A stretch of DNA of 64,000 nt from Klebsormidium nitens (lineage: Eukaryota; Plantae; Klebsormidiophyceae): positions 79,753-143,752 of the forward strand of contig DF237154.1 of NCBI GenBank assembly GCA_000708835.1, read 5' to 3'. The position numbers and the translations under genes are program-made. Below the pieces are notes generated by a model. The model did not search any database and was not told the origin of the DNA. It saw nothing but the letters and a program-made list of their open reading frames with translations. The stretch's first letter is position 1. Every line of letters starts with the position of its first letter. Below, one piece after another: positions 36,620 to 49,306 of this stretch.

Positions 36620-37843
36620 ACGGGGTTGCGGACGGCATTCTAATCAGCAGATTCATAGGTCAAGCTTTATCTGTCAAATGGAAGTTTGACGACACGGAAA
36701 GTAAGCAACGGTGGGTGTATAGTACACAGGTTGATTGCGTGATGGCGCCTTTATTTATGAAGCGCACTGGTTGCCTGAACCAGTCAAACAAAAAGGAACA
36801 GCTCTTTCAGTACCAAGCATTATGATGACCCGCATTACAGATATGGCGTTCGCATCCATAAAACATTCGTGCATCACTGTTAGTTCTCGATTTCTTTGCT
36901 GAATTGCTGCTGCGTTATGTGCTAAAAGCCGGCCGGAAGGTCCGGCCCCGTGTGTTTGCTATGGTATCATGTGTCTCGAGACTACATACCATATCCATAC
37001 CATATTTACACACCATACCTTTCATGATCATGAAAAATCTTATGATGGAATATCTCGCTGGGCTGGGCGGCGGCCGCGCTTGTCACGGCCTTGCCAGTGT
37101 GCCGAGACGTTCTTCCTCTAGATCGCGCACTTTTCCGACCAGTACGTAGTGAGCTGCAATCTCCTTCCAAAACAGATCGACGCGTCGTCTGGTGCAACGA
37201 TTTTTGGCTCGATCTATGATCTTAAAACATACGCATGCTTTAGCCCGTTGCTAGTCATGGACCCATGTAAGGGACTAGGCAGCCTCAGTTTCCAATTTAA
37301 GTACACCGTCTGTGCTGCCAAGATGGTCCTGCGGTCAGTATTCTGGCTTTTCAACGGCTTCCGCACAGCTTCATGTATGATGTACGTAGGATGTTGGGCA
37401 GGAGACTATAATCAAGTGAAAGCATGCCATGTGGAACTTCGGAAAATGACAGGTCTATCTCATAAGCTTAGCTTGTGTCGTCGTTTGACTTCGAACCTTT
37501 AACAGGGTTGCTTCTAGCAGGGCTCGCAAAACCCTAAGTACATAATAAATCATGTACCCATACCGGTAAAACGGTCGGCTGTGTAATGAAACCATTTGGA
37601 CGGTTCGATCACGGCTGCCTCGACTTCAAACTCTTACAGGCGGCCATGGACGCGGCTTGCAACGTTTACAAGATATCAACACCAAGACGTACAACAGCTA
37701 AGGCCTGCACGGTTACCGTGTGCCGTGTACTTGAGATGAAACCTAGCTTCGGACTCATCATTCCTATGAACTCGGCACAAGCACACGTACGGACTGACGA
37801 CTTCCTTATGCCAATGATCCTCCGTATCGGCGCTCCCGCGCGG

Positions 37844-40800
37844 CTACACGCCCGTGAGTGCCTCGCTCTCGATAGCAGCCTCTAGCTCGCGTCTCCGCCG
37901 GTCCGCGAGCCGCGCCTCGACGCGCGGCCGCACCGTCTCCGCCAGCCGCGCCACGCTCTCGGCTTTGCTCTCGATCTGATCGAACGGCTGGAAGCCGTCG
38001 TTGCGCTCGGAGCCGAACTTGTCCGTGTCGGAGATGCGGTGCAGCGGGCGCCAGTAGTGGTTCACGCGCGCGTCTAGCAGGCTCAGCGGCTGCACCGCGT
38101 ACTCCAGCGGACCCTCTGCACCGGAACCGGAAGTCAGTGGAATTAAGGATTCAGCGGAATTTGGGGTGTGCTAGTTTGAACGAGCATAGACACTGTCGAT
38201 TGGAACGCCTCCGACAGGCAAACGAAGGAACCGGCGCCTTTAGTGGCACCCGAGGATCAATCGGATACTCCGTGAGAAGTATCCAAAACGGACGAGACCT
38301 GCAGATGAGAGCTTGTGAAAGGGTTTGGTTCTGCTCGCAAGTGGCACCGGCTTCCTTCCAGTTTGGGCCCCAGAAGGCAATCCGCTTGGCCCAGAATTTG
38401 TGACACGTTGTGTAGAAATCTGCTCGCACTAGTGATCTGGAGGAAACATATAACAGCGAGGATGGTCCCACTTCCATTCCAACGGTCACACGTCACGGGG
38501 CTTCCACACGCCAGAGAGCGAGAGCCCAGAGATGTTTTTACGTTGACTACGGCTATGTTGAGTTAGGTCACTGTCCGGCGAACGGTCGGGGTTGGCTTGG
38601 GGTTAAGGGTTGCATACGAGTGCGGAGGATCTTAACCTTTGGGTTTAAGATTTTCTTGTCTTCAAGCCCGGGAGACTGATCTGACTCAACTGAGACCTGA
38701 ATCGATCAACGCAATTGAAAAATCGGGAGGCCCTTTCTCACCCGACTCCTCGAGCACGTCCACGTAGTGCACGCCGTTGGCGACCACCTTCTCGGGCCGC
38801 ATGAACGTCTTGTCGCCGTGCTCGTGCTTGCGGCTGTGCCGCACGTACTTCTGCACCAGCGTCAGCCCCGCCTCCTCCACCTGCGCGCGCGCACCCGCTA
38901 CGTCACTCCGCGGCTGACCCCGCGGTTAAGCGAACTACCGTCAACCAGTCTCCTTCACTTGAATGTCCAGCAAGAGGTGTGGTCTGAGGGCACTCTTTCG
39001 ATTTTGCGTAAGGCGCGAAAGTAAAATCCAATTGCGCTTGCGAAGTTTCAGCAACAGGAAGAACTAGGTCATGGGCAGATTTTAAAGATGCAGAGGAAGA
39101 GTGTTGAATATACTCCCAAGCAAAGATTCCGAACGGCCTGTTATCAAGGGCCTTCTGGGATTATCAGCGTGCGCCTTATCGGGTGAAAATGCCCCCAGAA
39201 TGCTCGAAACGCATCAGCGCGAAACACTTCGTGGAACATTTGACCAAGGCCTGGAAATGCATCGCTACCGCCGACAGACATTCTCCAGCGCGCGCACCTG
39301 GGGCGCGACGAGGTAGCGGATGCGCTTGACGCGCAGCGCGGCCCAGTGGTCGGGGAAGTTGGCGAGCATGGCGCGCGCGCTGTAGCTGAAACGGCTGCTG
39401 ATCTGGACGTACTCGTCCAGGTCCACGAACATGAGCCAGCGGCTGCGGTGCCGGTTGCGCAGCAAACAGTCCACGTTCAGCACCGTCTGGTCGTAGTATC
39501 TGCGAAGCAACGAATCGGTGAATGCATAAGAGATTGGAAATCACTGTTTTGAGATGGAAATATATAGTTCAAGATGTAGCAGCGTCGGGTCGTTGTACCG
39601 GCGCGCAAGGCTTAGGTAAGTGCTTGGCGCTTTTGGAGGATGAAGGGAGGGCGTCTACGCAACGTCATTATCCGATTTTAGCAGGGCCTAGTGCTCGGGG
39701 CACAAACCGTGAAACCAACTTTTCGGCGACAGGATAGCCGAAAGCCGTGCCTCGAGGTCGCTACGTGACGTCAGGCGTTCCGGGTCCCAGGACGCCCACT
39801 TCAAGGTAATCAAGGTTTTCAGATACTGTACCGTCTGGTCGTCGTACTATATCTGCGCGCGGGTTTGGGAGTGCATGGGGTTCGGAGGACTATGGCTTCG
39901 AAAACAATTGGTCAAGCTTCGCAGAACGTCTTGTCAAACTAAAACTGCGTACGAACCTTTAAGTTGGCGGAATTGGAGGCCGATCACTCCTCTGCGCGAA
40001 CCTCCTGTAAGAACCAGGTTCCCCGCCTTGATCCAAGCAATGAGTGCCAACGGCAATATGCAGAGGAGACAGAAAAGAAGGCCACCGACTGTGCGATCCT
40101 TGGAAATCACCAAGAGGAGTGAACATCCCGGCAGGTTGCGCTTCAGTATCGCGACAACCACGACAACCACGACAACCCTTTTCCTCATACAGCCCCCCTC
40201 ACTTGTGCGCCTTGTCCAGGACGTCCGGCGTTGTGCCGATGCAACTGAAGCAGGGCCGCCGGCTGGAAAATTTTTGCAGGTCATAAGTGGAAATCGAGGT
40301 CCAGCAGAACGTTCTTCTAAACCCACTGAAAACCGAAGTCCGTTTTCAAAATGCTTCATGAGCTCTCGAAAAGCTGAGAAGTCGACGGTCCTCACTTGTG
40401 CGCCTTTTCGAGGACGTCCGGCGGCGCGGTGGGTTGCCAGTGGCGGAAGGTGAGCGTGCCGTCGTCGATGTACGGCTGCAGCGCCGCGCGCGCGCCGGGG
40501 TCGTGCGCGTACACGATCAGGTGGTCCAGCCCCGTCACGCCGCGGTGGTACTCGATCCACTCCACCCACGGCCGCTCGTCGACAGCGCCGAAAATGGGGC
40601 CCATGCACCCAGTCAGGAAGCGGTCCGTCTCGCCGGGCCTTGTGTCGAGCGTCGCCGGATCGAGCACCAGGCGCATGTCGAGCGTCGGGGGGGGGGGCGC
40701 CGTCGCCTCCCGCGGGACCGATGCGGAGCTGCGTGGCGATCATGTGGTCTCCCCCCATGGATTCCAGAAACGTCCCCAGTTCGGGGGGCAGCTTGCACTC

Positions 40801-43563
40801 GAGGAACATCGAGTACGCCGCGTTCACGTGCCCGCTGCGCGTCGCGATCGCGTCGTAGTTCACGCGCACCACCGCCGGGACGTCGAACTCGCCCGTCACC
40901 GGCAACACGCTCGCGTCGCGCGGGGCGCTCTCTGCGTCTGGGGCCGGCGGCGTCCGGCGCGCGTCCCCCGTTCGTTTCGTCAGCCGCTCCGCGTTCTGGC
41001 GGTCCCCGCCCCACCACACCCCTCCCACGCTCACCCGCCCCTCCGCCGCGTTCTTGTTCCACTGTGCGTGGTGCAGCGATGCTGCCCCCGCGCCGCTCCC
41101 CCGCCCCTCCCGCGCACCGAGCAGGCTCCGTGCTGCGCCCTCCTCTCTGAAGCCTGCCGTTTCGGTAGCGCCCAAGTCCGACAGACTCGACTTTTCATCC
41201 TCGCGCGCGTCTTGCTCTTCTGTTCCTAGCAGAGCTCTCGCGCCCGCCTGCGTCGTAGGGCTTGCTTTGGCCGCCTTACCGAGCCCCCAGCCCGAGAGGA
41301 GGTCGCTCAAGCCCCCAAACGGGACCTGGTCGGGAGGTGCTGCCGGAGGGGGAGCGCGCTCTTTGACGAATCCCTGGAAGTGGCACGTGACCTGCAGGTC
41401 CGTCGCCTTGATGCTGTTGCCGCCCTGCGAGCCCCACCAAATCTTGGGGGAGGGGTCCTGCGTGAACGACAAAAACCTGCGGCCAAGACAGGAAGTCTTA
41501 GCGCTGCCCTCCGGGCAAGTGCCATCCATTCATTCGTTCCGACTCAAACCCTTGGTGCAGGGAATGCCTTTAAGAGTGACAGTCGGGCTTTGCAGGCGAC
41601 TCCCACAAGTGCGGGCTAACTGAAAGCTCTTTTAGAGGGACACTCGATCATGCAGTTCTTAGTCATGCAGCAGCAGTCACACTTTTACTGCAGCCACTTG
41701 TAACTTCCGGTTCCACACAGTCTAGGCCGAGAGAGCGTGTCGGCACCGCCAAAGTGCCCACAGGTTGGTGCGCCTTGGATCTCGTTCGCTTAGAGCCGTT
41801 TCGCTCTCGGTCCAACCAGCCAACTGCTTAAGTCCTGGATCCGAGATCGGCAGCAAGCTTCTCTCAGTTCGGATGTTTGGGAGTTCATTAAGGTTAGGCA
41901 AGCGCTCAGACTGCTAAAGCAGTCGCCCCGCCCCGTTCTTCCTCACCCTCACCTGAGCACCCACTCCCCTTTGGTGCGCACCGCCGCAACTCGATACACA
42001 AACAGGTCCACCCCCAGCGTCGGTACCGCCACTTTCAAATGCGACGGCCCCAGATCGTCCAGCGTCTCGGCAATCGCCAAGCCCCGCTCTGCCGCCTTTC
42101 CCGGCTCCTCCGCTCGCTCGTTGCCGTCCGCAGACGCGTTTGCACTGGACGACGCACCTCGCCGTCTGTGTGCCGCTATAACAGGGGCCAAGAGTGCATC
42201 CGGGAAGAGCGGCAGCGGGCGCGGCTCGGGGCGTAAGCGCCGCTTGGCCGCCTGCACCACTAAATTGGGGTCGACCCCCTGGGGCATTGTTTCCTGCTCT
42301 GTCAAAGCGGCCTTCTCCTCGTCCAATATTTTGTTCTCTTCTGAGTGCTCATCAGCAGAATCAATCTCGCCAATGTCCTGATCCTCCTGCTCTGATTGTG
42401 CGTCCTCCCCAAACACGTTCAGGCCCGCCCGCGCCAGCCTGGCCCCGCGCGGCTTCACCACGCTGGCCGCTCTCACTGTCACCGTCTTCTCCAAGGGGTC
42501 CTCTTTTCTCTCATGAGAATCTATGTTTAACCCCAGCTGCGCTTGACTGTGCATTGAGCCGTGCATGATTTCTTTCTGGGGGTTCACTTCCCTAGCTGCT
42601 GCAGCCCCCCGCTCCATGCCGTCCAGCAGGCCCAGCTGCGCGGGGTCGTGCATCCGGAAGAAGCCCCTCCGGTTCCCGTCAGCGTCTTGGCGGTGCTCGC
42701 GCGATATATAGGCCGCCATGTGCTGTCGGCTGCGCAGCGACTGGGTGCGCTCCCCCCCCTCAAGCAGCGCCCACTGGTGGGACCCTTCCAGGGGGTGCGC
42801 AGACCTGTCTTCTGAACCCCCCGCCGAGCTCTCAGCTCCTGTCCGCTCCCATGTTTCTTTCGCACCCTCCAAACTCTTGAGACTGCTTTCCTCGAGAGCC
42901 ACTGGAAGCTCGCTGACGCCCGCACATGTAGGGCTGTCACCGGATGCTGGCTGCTGCACACAGCGGCTGTCTCCTCCCACCGCTGGCCACTGCAAAGAGA
43001 AGAGGCTGGGCCTGAGGCACCCTTGGTACAGGCAGCAAACGTGACTTGAACTTAACAACAGCGTTTGATGTAGGTGAAGAAGAGGGATGATCAGGAGCCA
43101 TTGAGCTTCTCATGTGAAATGAGCAATGGATGCATTTTTGGTGGAAAATCATCGAGTGGTGCGAGAGGGTTGACTTCACGGCAACATTCAAAATGACTCC
43201 TTAAGTTTAAAGTGTCTATTGCAACTTCATTGATGCTGCCAATTGTCGTATGCCCCTCCCAGGTTTCTGCAACCACAGCGGGAACGCGTGTTCTCTTGCT
43301 GTCAGACCAATGCCGTCAGGTGCAAACCTCACCTCTGTGCTTTCCCGCCAGCTGTGGCCTCCTCTGTGCACATCCCTTCGCTGAAGCTCCCCCTCCAGCT
43401 GCGCTGTGCACAGAGTCGCTGCCGCAACTAGAATGAGCAGCAGCACTCTGAGCAGGGCACTCCTACCGAAGCAGTGGAAGGAGGGGCGTGGCATCCTGGA
43501 CAGATGCACAGCCCCCAAACTTGGATTTCCTTTCATGAGAGCTGCCAAACTCCGAGCGGCCAA
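37844..43563 (-). CDS. GT92/DUF23-like type II membrane glycosyltransferase with a long disordered stem. Exons ~43563-43333 (start uncertain), 42989-41953, 41476-40396 (one-base frameshift at the G11 run 40687-40697), 39499-39298, 38880-38742, 38115-37844.
   Basis: N-terminal TM ALLRVLLLILVAAATL; catalytic part FLTGCMGPIFG...VEWIEYHRGVTGLDHLIVY...YYDQTVLNVDCLLRNRHRSRWLMFVDLDEYV (DxDE)...KTFMRPEKVVANGVH...VNHYW. All junctions are GT-AG and phase-compatible apart from the frameshift. Confidence 0.72.
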
Positions 43564-44489
43564 GCAGGTGGCTGCCCTGTCCAGCTGTCTGTGTTCACCT
43601 CCATGCAGCGATGTCCGGCAGAGGGGGGGCCCCGCCCAAAGTGCAACAAGGCATCGTTGTGCTCAAGCTTGGCCTGTCCTGGGAGAAAGCACACACTCCC
43701 AGCAAGAAAGCCTGTGCCACCTCAACAAGATTCACAACCCAGTTTGCCTTTCAAAAGCGAGGTCACTTTTCATGCCCGGGACTATTGGAGCTCTTGCAAG
43801 GGGTATCTAGGAACCCACATCTGCTTGCAAGGTTGTTCTTGGACCAGCTACATCAGGAGGTCGAAGTCGCCAATATTGTTGCTAGCTGTACCGATCAAAA
43901 GTACCCGACGATTTAAAAGTAGCCGTCGATCGTCATCTTTATGCTATCGAAACCGTCCATTGTAGTCTACGCGCGCAGCAGCATTTCATAGGGCCGTCCT
44001 CGTTTCTGACGGAACTCAGTTTGATAGGTAACCTAATTGAGGATCGGCATGCATACGCCAGTGACGGTCGGATGGCCAGTATGTAGCACAAGCCGGCTGA
44101 ATCTGAAAGTACCGGTTTGCTAGGGCCCCATTGCCGGATAAGTACGGCCAGTGTATCTACTGCTCTAGATCTGCAAAAGATGGTCCATCAAAATCTGAGT
44201 CTGCTCGTATGATCAGGCTCATGAGTGCTTCCGCAAGCCACAATGACACTGTGAGTCACATGCTCCGTCCTTCACCATTGCGAGTTCCCTGAAAGTCCAC
44301 AGCAAGACAGGCAAACGTCACAAGACTAAACAAGTGCCGCGTTGGACTGTCTGGCTCCCCATTCTTGTTCAGATGCAAGAATGTGAGTCTTAGCATGCAC
44401 AATAGCAGGGGATAGTCCAGCAGGACGCTCATGCCTCACTGAGTCTCTCGTCCATTTCTGCACGTCGTAAACACACCCCGCGGCGCGGC

Positions 44490-47400
44490 ATGGCTGCTGT
44501 GAGCAGCATGGGGACGCGGCGCGTGCCGGGCGCACTCCCTCGCAACGTGGAGCGCCACTTCACGGTGCCCGGTATGCTGGAGGAGCGGACCGCCACGCTG
44601 CGCATGACAGAAGGGGGATCCCTCGAGGGCTTCCAGTCGCGGCTGGGCCTGGCAGACGGGCCGGCTTCTCCGGAGGCGACGGAATTGGGGGGATCCCTCA
44701 ACCGGGGCACGTACAAGACCACGAACTCGGTATATGGGGAGACGTGGCGGGCGGGGAGTGGAGGAGCAGCGGAGATGGCGCCGCAGGTGAGCCTTAACAG
44801 GTGGACGGACTGATGGCAAAGTCAAGGAACCGTAACATGCAATGCGAGCAGTAAAGTCGGGGCTTGTTGCGAGATTGCGAGATGTCATGGAAAGTGCCCC
44901 GATGACAAGGTCGGGTAATGCTTGCTCACGGTGCTTGGTTTGCAGCATCCGCAGTTGCAACAGCTTAGTCTCAGAGGAGTCCAGACAAAACGATGACGAT
45001 GGCAAATTCCGTTGACATACACAGTCACCACTTAAAAGCTCTTGACATTCACATCCTTGCATATTGAACGTAAATAGCGTCAGATTTTCCACGCTCGTCC
45101 ATGCAACCAATATCCAATCAGGGCACAAAGCTGTTTCCAGGGGCGCAACTCCTGAGGTCTCGTTTCACCTTGACAGACAATGTCTTTGGCAACCAGGCCA
45201 GGAGAGATTGTAGCAGCAGATCAAGGCACAGACGCGAATGATGGCAGGAGCATTGGCAAGCGACTCGTTGCGGACAAACAGTCGTGCTTTCTGCATCAGA
45301 GCTGCCCATCCAAGACGAAGCACTGCTGGCCAACGTGAGAAGCCCGCATCTGGCTCAGGAACAAGAGTTCATCCCACCCAACCAACTTGCTGAAGTATCT
45401 TTTCTGCAGAGCGGCAAGGAGAACCTGGCTGGCGCCACCATTGGCCGCCCCATCACGGGGCGGGACGCCATCGAGCTCCCCCCCTCCAAGTACCCCCCCC
45501 CAACCTCGTTCCCTGCCTTCCCCAACAGCCCCACGAAGGCCCTGTCCGGCCAACTGTCACCGCAGGCCAGCAATGCGGGCAGGCCCGCGCAGCAGGGGCA
45601 CACGACGCAGGGCAGCACGGACAAGGCCTCCAAGCGCTACGCACAGGTGGGCAGCGGGGGAGGTGCTCTTAATTGTTGCGGGACAGCTGGCCTTAACGAC
45701 GGCTGCCCTGCATCTCTCATAGTCGCTCGACAAGAGTCGGACAGCTGCCCACTCAATTTCTGGATGGCCATTGACGTCTGAGGAATGCCGTGATCTACAC
45801 CGGCACTTGTGAAACGGCAGGCACTCAAAGCTCACCTTGACTGGACTCTGTGTGAATCCAGAATCTTCGTGCGTTCTGAACGGAGTTGCGGCCTCCGGTA
45901 GGCAATCCTGTCTTTGCTTCTTTGGCGCAATTCTGTCATCCGACTCGAGTGCGCCAGCTGGCCGGGAGCCTGCCTGTGTGCGGCAGGTTAACTCAACGCT
46001 GACGGTGACGTGTGTGGTGCAGCCGCCTGTGCGCGAGTGGGAGGCGGCCCTGGAGCAGACGCTGGACGGGCTGGCGCCGCCGACGCGGTGCAACGGCTAC
46101 GGCCAGGCACTCTCCAACAGAGCCAAGGTGGGCCCGCCAGGGATCCCTCGCTCCTGTACATCCCCCTGCTTCACCCGGATGCAATTTTTACACGGAACAG
46201 AAGTCGAGCGCTTCCATCGCGCAGTTTGAACATGAGTCTGCAAGTGTCGAGACAGAGACTTGGATGTGGATTATCAGGTCGCGCGATCGGAGGTGCTTGG
46301 TGACGAGCGATTGAGGCCTGCAGCATTGTAGCCTGGGCGAAAGGTCCGGATGGTGCAAAAAGTGCGACGCTCATGAGGAGATGGTTTGTCGTGTCAGCGG
46401 ATGCTTTTCTGTCCCACCGTTTACTTTGGTTAAGGCTAGAAGTACAATCAAGGTGGTCCATATGTTTCCCTATCAGACCCGTTTCTCTTTCGGCCCTTCA
46501 GCTGGCCCAGCCTGCCATCCGCGGCGCTGGTTCCGCGGCGGAGCCGGCTCCCACCGGCACGTTCCGCGTGAAGAAGATCGTGGAGGAGGGCTGCAACCCT
46601 GGCGCGAGCGTGGAGCACGCCGCGTATGCGCAGCCGCAGGCGCCACGCGGGGACGGCACCTACCACGGCAGCCACACCGGGTACACCTCCGGTGAGGGGG
46701 CAGGAACGACACAACTCGAATGACGTAACCACTGTTGCTCTTTTATTTCGAGAGCTCAAAGAGTGCGCTCAGCACCTTCTTATATTGGAGTCGCAGTGAG
46801 AGATGTTCGATGAATTTCCGGGACCGATTGACCGAGGGCGCCAGGTGTTGCTCGTTAGCTGATGCGGGGCCCACTTCCTGGCCGGGCAGACCTTGAATCT
46901 TTCACCCGAAGCATATCTCAGCTAGGTAGAGCGTGCCTTGCGAGGTGCATGCTTAGTGACCGCAGGAAGTTCCTCAGCAAAGCTTCAAGGCGGGTCTTTG
47001 ACAACGACATGTCTAGCGAAAGATCGGCAAAACCCCGTCGCTGTTTGCGAGTGGCTGCCGGTTCCCACGATCACAGCAAAGGGCGACGCGCGCTCGTCCG
47101 CGTCCCGTGCGCCGCCTCTCTGCTGAGCCTGCCGATCTGATGTTGTTTGCGCGGCGTGTCTTCGTCCAGGTTACGCGCGCAACAACCCGGCACGGAACGT
47201 GATCCCCACCGCTGCCGACGCGGCCGCCCAGAGCGCCGTCACAATTGAAGACGTGCACCCCTCAGTTGGTACGGCTCGAACGGCCTTGCCAACCTGCTTT
47301 TCTTTCCCTTTTTTAGACAGACATTTCGCACCCAGCTTCCCGGACTCTTACGAGGTCCCATTTTCGAGACACAGCACTCTTTTCCCAAAATCTGAGCGGC

Positions 47401-47753
47401 ACCAGACAACCGAGTGCTTGGCATCCAGCCGCGCTGAGCGTTTCCCCTTCCGCAAGCGGCAGCGAATGGTTCTGCACTGATAGCCGCCCCAAGTCGCAGG
47501 CCTTGTCTTGTCACGGCAACTGGAAGTAGCCAGTTTCCAACCTTAGATGCAGCTTTTCATACCGTGATCTTCTGATCGTCAAAGCCTTGACGGCTGGCGG
47601 CTGACAGCGTGTGGTGTGCGCGGTGCAGCTGCGCGGCTGCGGTTGCGGGACCCGGTGGAGCACGCGGGGCTGCTGAACGCGGACGAGTACGCCACCACGT
47701 ACAAGCACACCATCGACGCCACCGCCAAGAAACTGACACGTGGCGCCCACTGA
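44490..47753 (+). CDS. Hypothetical 350-aa low-complexity protein, possibly a ciliary microtubule inner protein (SAXO4/PPP1R32-like). Exons 44490-44786, 45410-45646, 46023-46127, 46502-46691, 47170-47268, 47629-47753.
   Basis: Six GC-rich GT-AG exons sum to 1053 nt in frame, so the gene model is well supported. The functional call rests only on short motifs (TYKTTNSVYG, SGYARNNP, HPSVAARLRLRDP, YATTY) and is weak. Confidence 0.7.
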
Positions 47754-49306
47754 GCGCAGCCGGGCAGGGCAAAGCGCCAGATCTTCCGGAGAAGTCCGGA
47801 AAATGCTTCTGGCCGGAATGCGTCAAGAATATAGTGGCTCGTGTCGACGACTCAAGTTGGCTGAACGATGTAACGTTTTCTCTACTGTAAACCACATTCG
47901 GCAACCAATTCAACGGAGACACAGACTTTCGGAGGTTGCTGACCTCACATTCCTATAAAAGTCTGGCCTTCACATGGTCTGTGTGATTCCAGCAAGGCCG
48001 CATATAATCTGGTCAATTACGACGACATAACCTGTCTACATACGAGTCAGAGCCTTTGTTACGATGGACGACCTTGGTCTTTGAATGCAAAGCCGGCGAG
48101 CGGAGAGCCGGATAAAGAAGGCTTAGGCAGGTTACACGGATAAAAGAAGGATAAAAGAAAAAACGGAGTCAGAATTGGGAGAAGTGTCGGGGAATAGGGA
48201 GGCAGATCACTGAAAGCCGTTGTGCCTGAAGATGGCGCAAGAGAGATCGGTTTGGCCCAGGTAAACTGGAATTTAAAAGTCACGGCTCGTCCGACCACAA
48301 CGCCGCTTCCGCCTTATTGCAATCGCTTCGTGTCCACCTTCAAAGATGATATATGTAGAGCAGGCTCGAAGCTTGATGATCCTTAGCAACGTTTCGAGCT
48401 CGCGATCGCACTCATAATCCGTCCTCATCGCTGAGGGGCTGATCGTGCGAAAAATGACCTGCCCGAGTCATCCGATAATTTGATCGGACAATCCAGGTCA
48501 CCTCCGTCCGATGTCTCCACAAGTTTGCAAGTTGATGACTAAAAGGTCCGAGTCAAAGGACGCGTACGGTGCAGTTGCAAGCTCCATTTCCCATTGGCCC
48601 AACCAACGTACGAGCTCAAACCGGTTGCGGCGCATGATCCGAGGCTCTCAAAGAATGAGAGCTGGATTCAACGGGGAGTCCGTGTCCTAGCAGATTTATG
48701 AACCAGAGTCAGGAACAACGCATCGATCTGGTGCACATATGCATGTGCACATGCGTTGTTAGGAGCACCGAGCGGCCGTTCCCCTGCCAGGCTGCCCTGC
48801 TCAAACATAATGTTGTTCTTGAGAACACCCTCTTGCTTACTACCTAGCTAGCCCGCTGTTCTTGGACTGAACTTGCTGGAGTTTGAATGATCAACAGCTG
48901 GCTGCAGCTGCAGGTCGGAGCCTGACAATAATGAAAGACTGTCGGATCGAATGAGTCCGGCAGATATGTGCATCCCATGTGATCCCTTGTGCGTTTATCA
49001 ACGGTTGCGAACGTGTGATGTGCACATCGGGCGGTTGACTTTCAGCGTAGTCCTGCGCGCGCGACCCACAGGCTGCTTTGATCTGCCTGTTCCGACCGAC
49101 AAAGTCCTCCGTCATAAAGGCAAAGGCAGGCTTGGAAAGTTGAGCTGCGTTCATATTTGTCAATGTTATCTTTTCAAGCAGCTGTGCGCTGAGCTTTCCT
49201 GCCGTAACGCTTCTCGTTGCCAAAGCTTCAGCTGCACTTTCTTTGCATTTGGCAATGTGCGCTTGATCGTTCTCAGCCATGGTGCTGCCTCCCCGCTTGC
49301 TCGAAC

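Noticed and set aside
39934-40686. C-terminal part of the 531-aa ORF 39934-41529 as real protein
   Set aside because: It is the off-frame read-through after the G11 frameshift and runs into intron sequence; the conserved GT92 motifs are in another frame.
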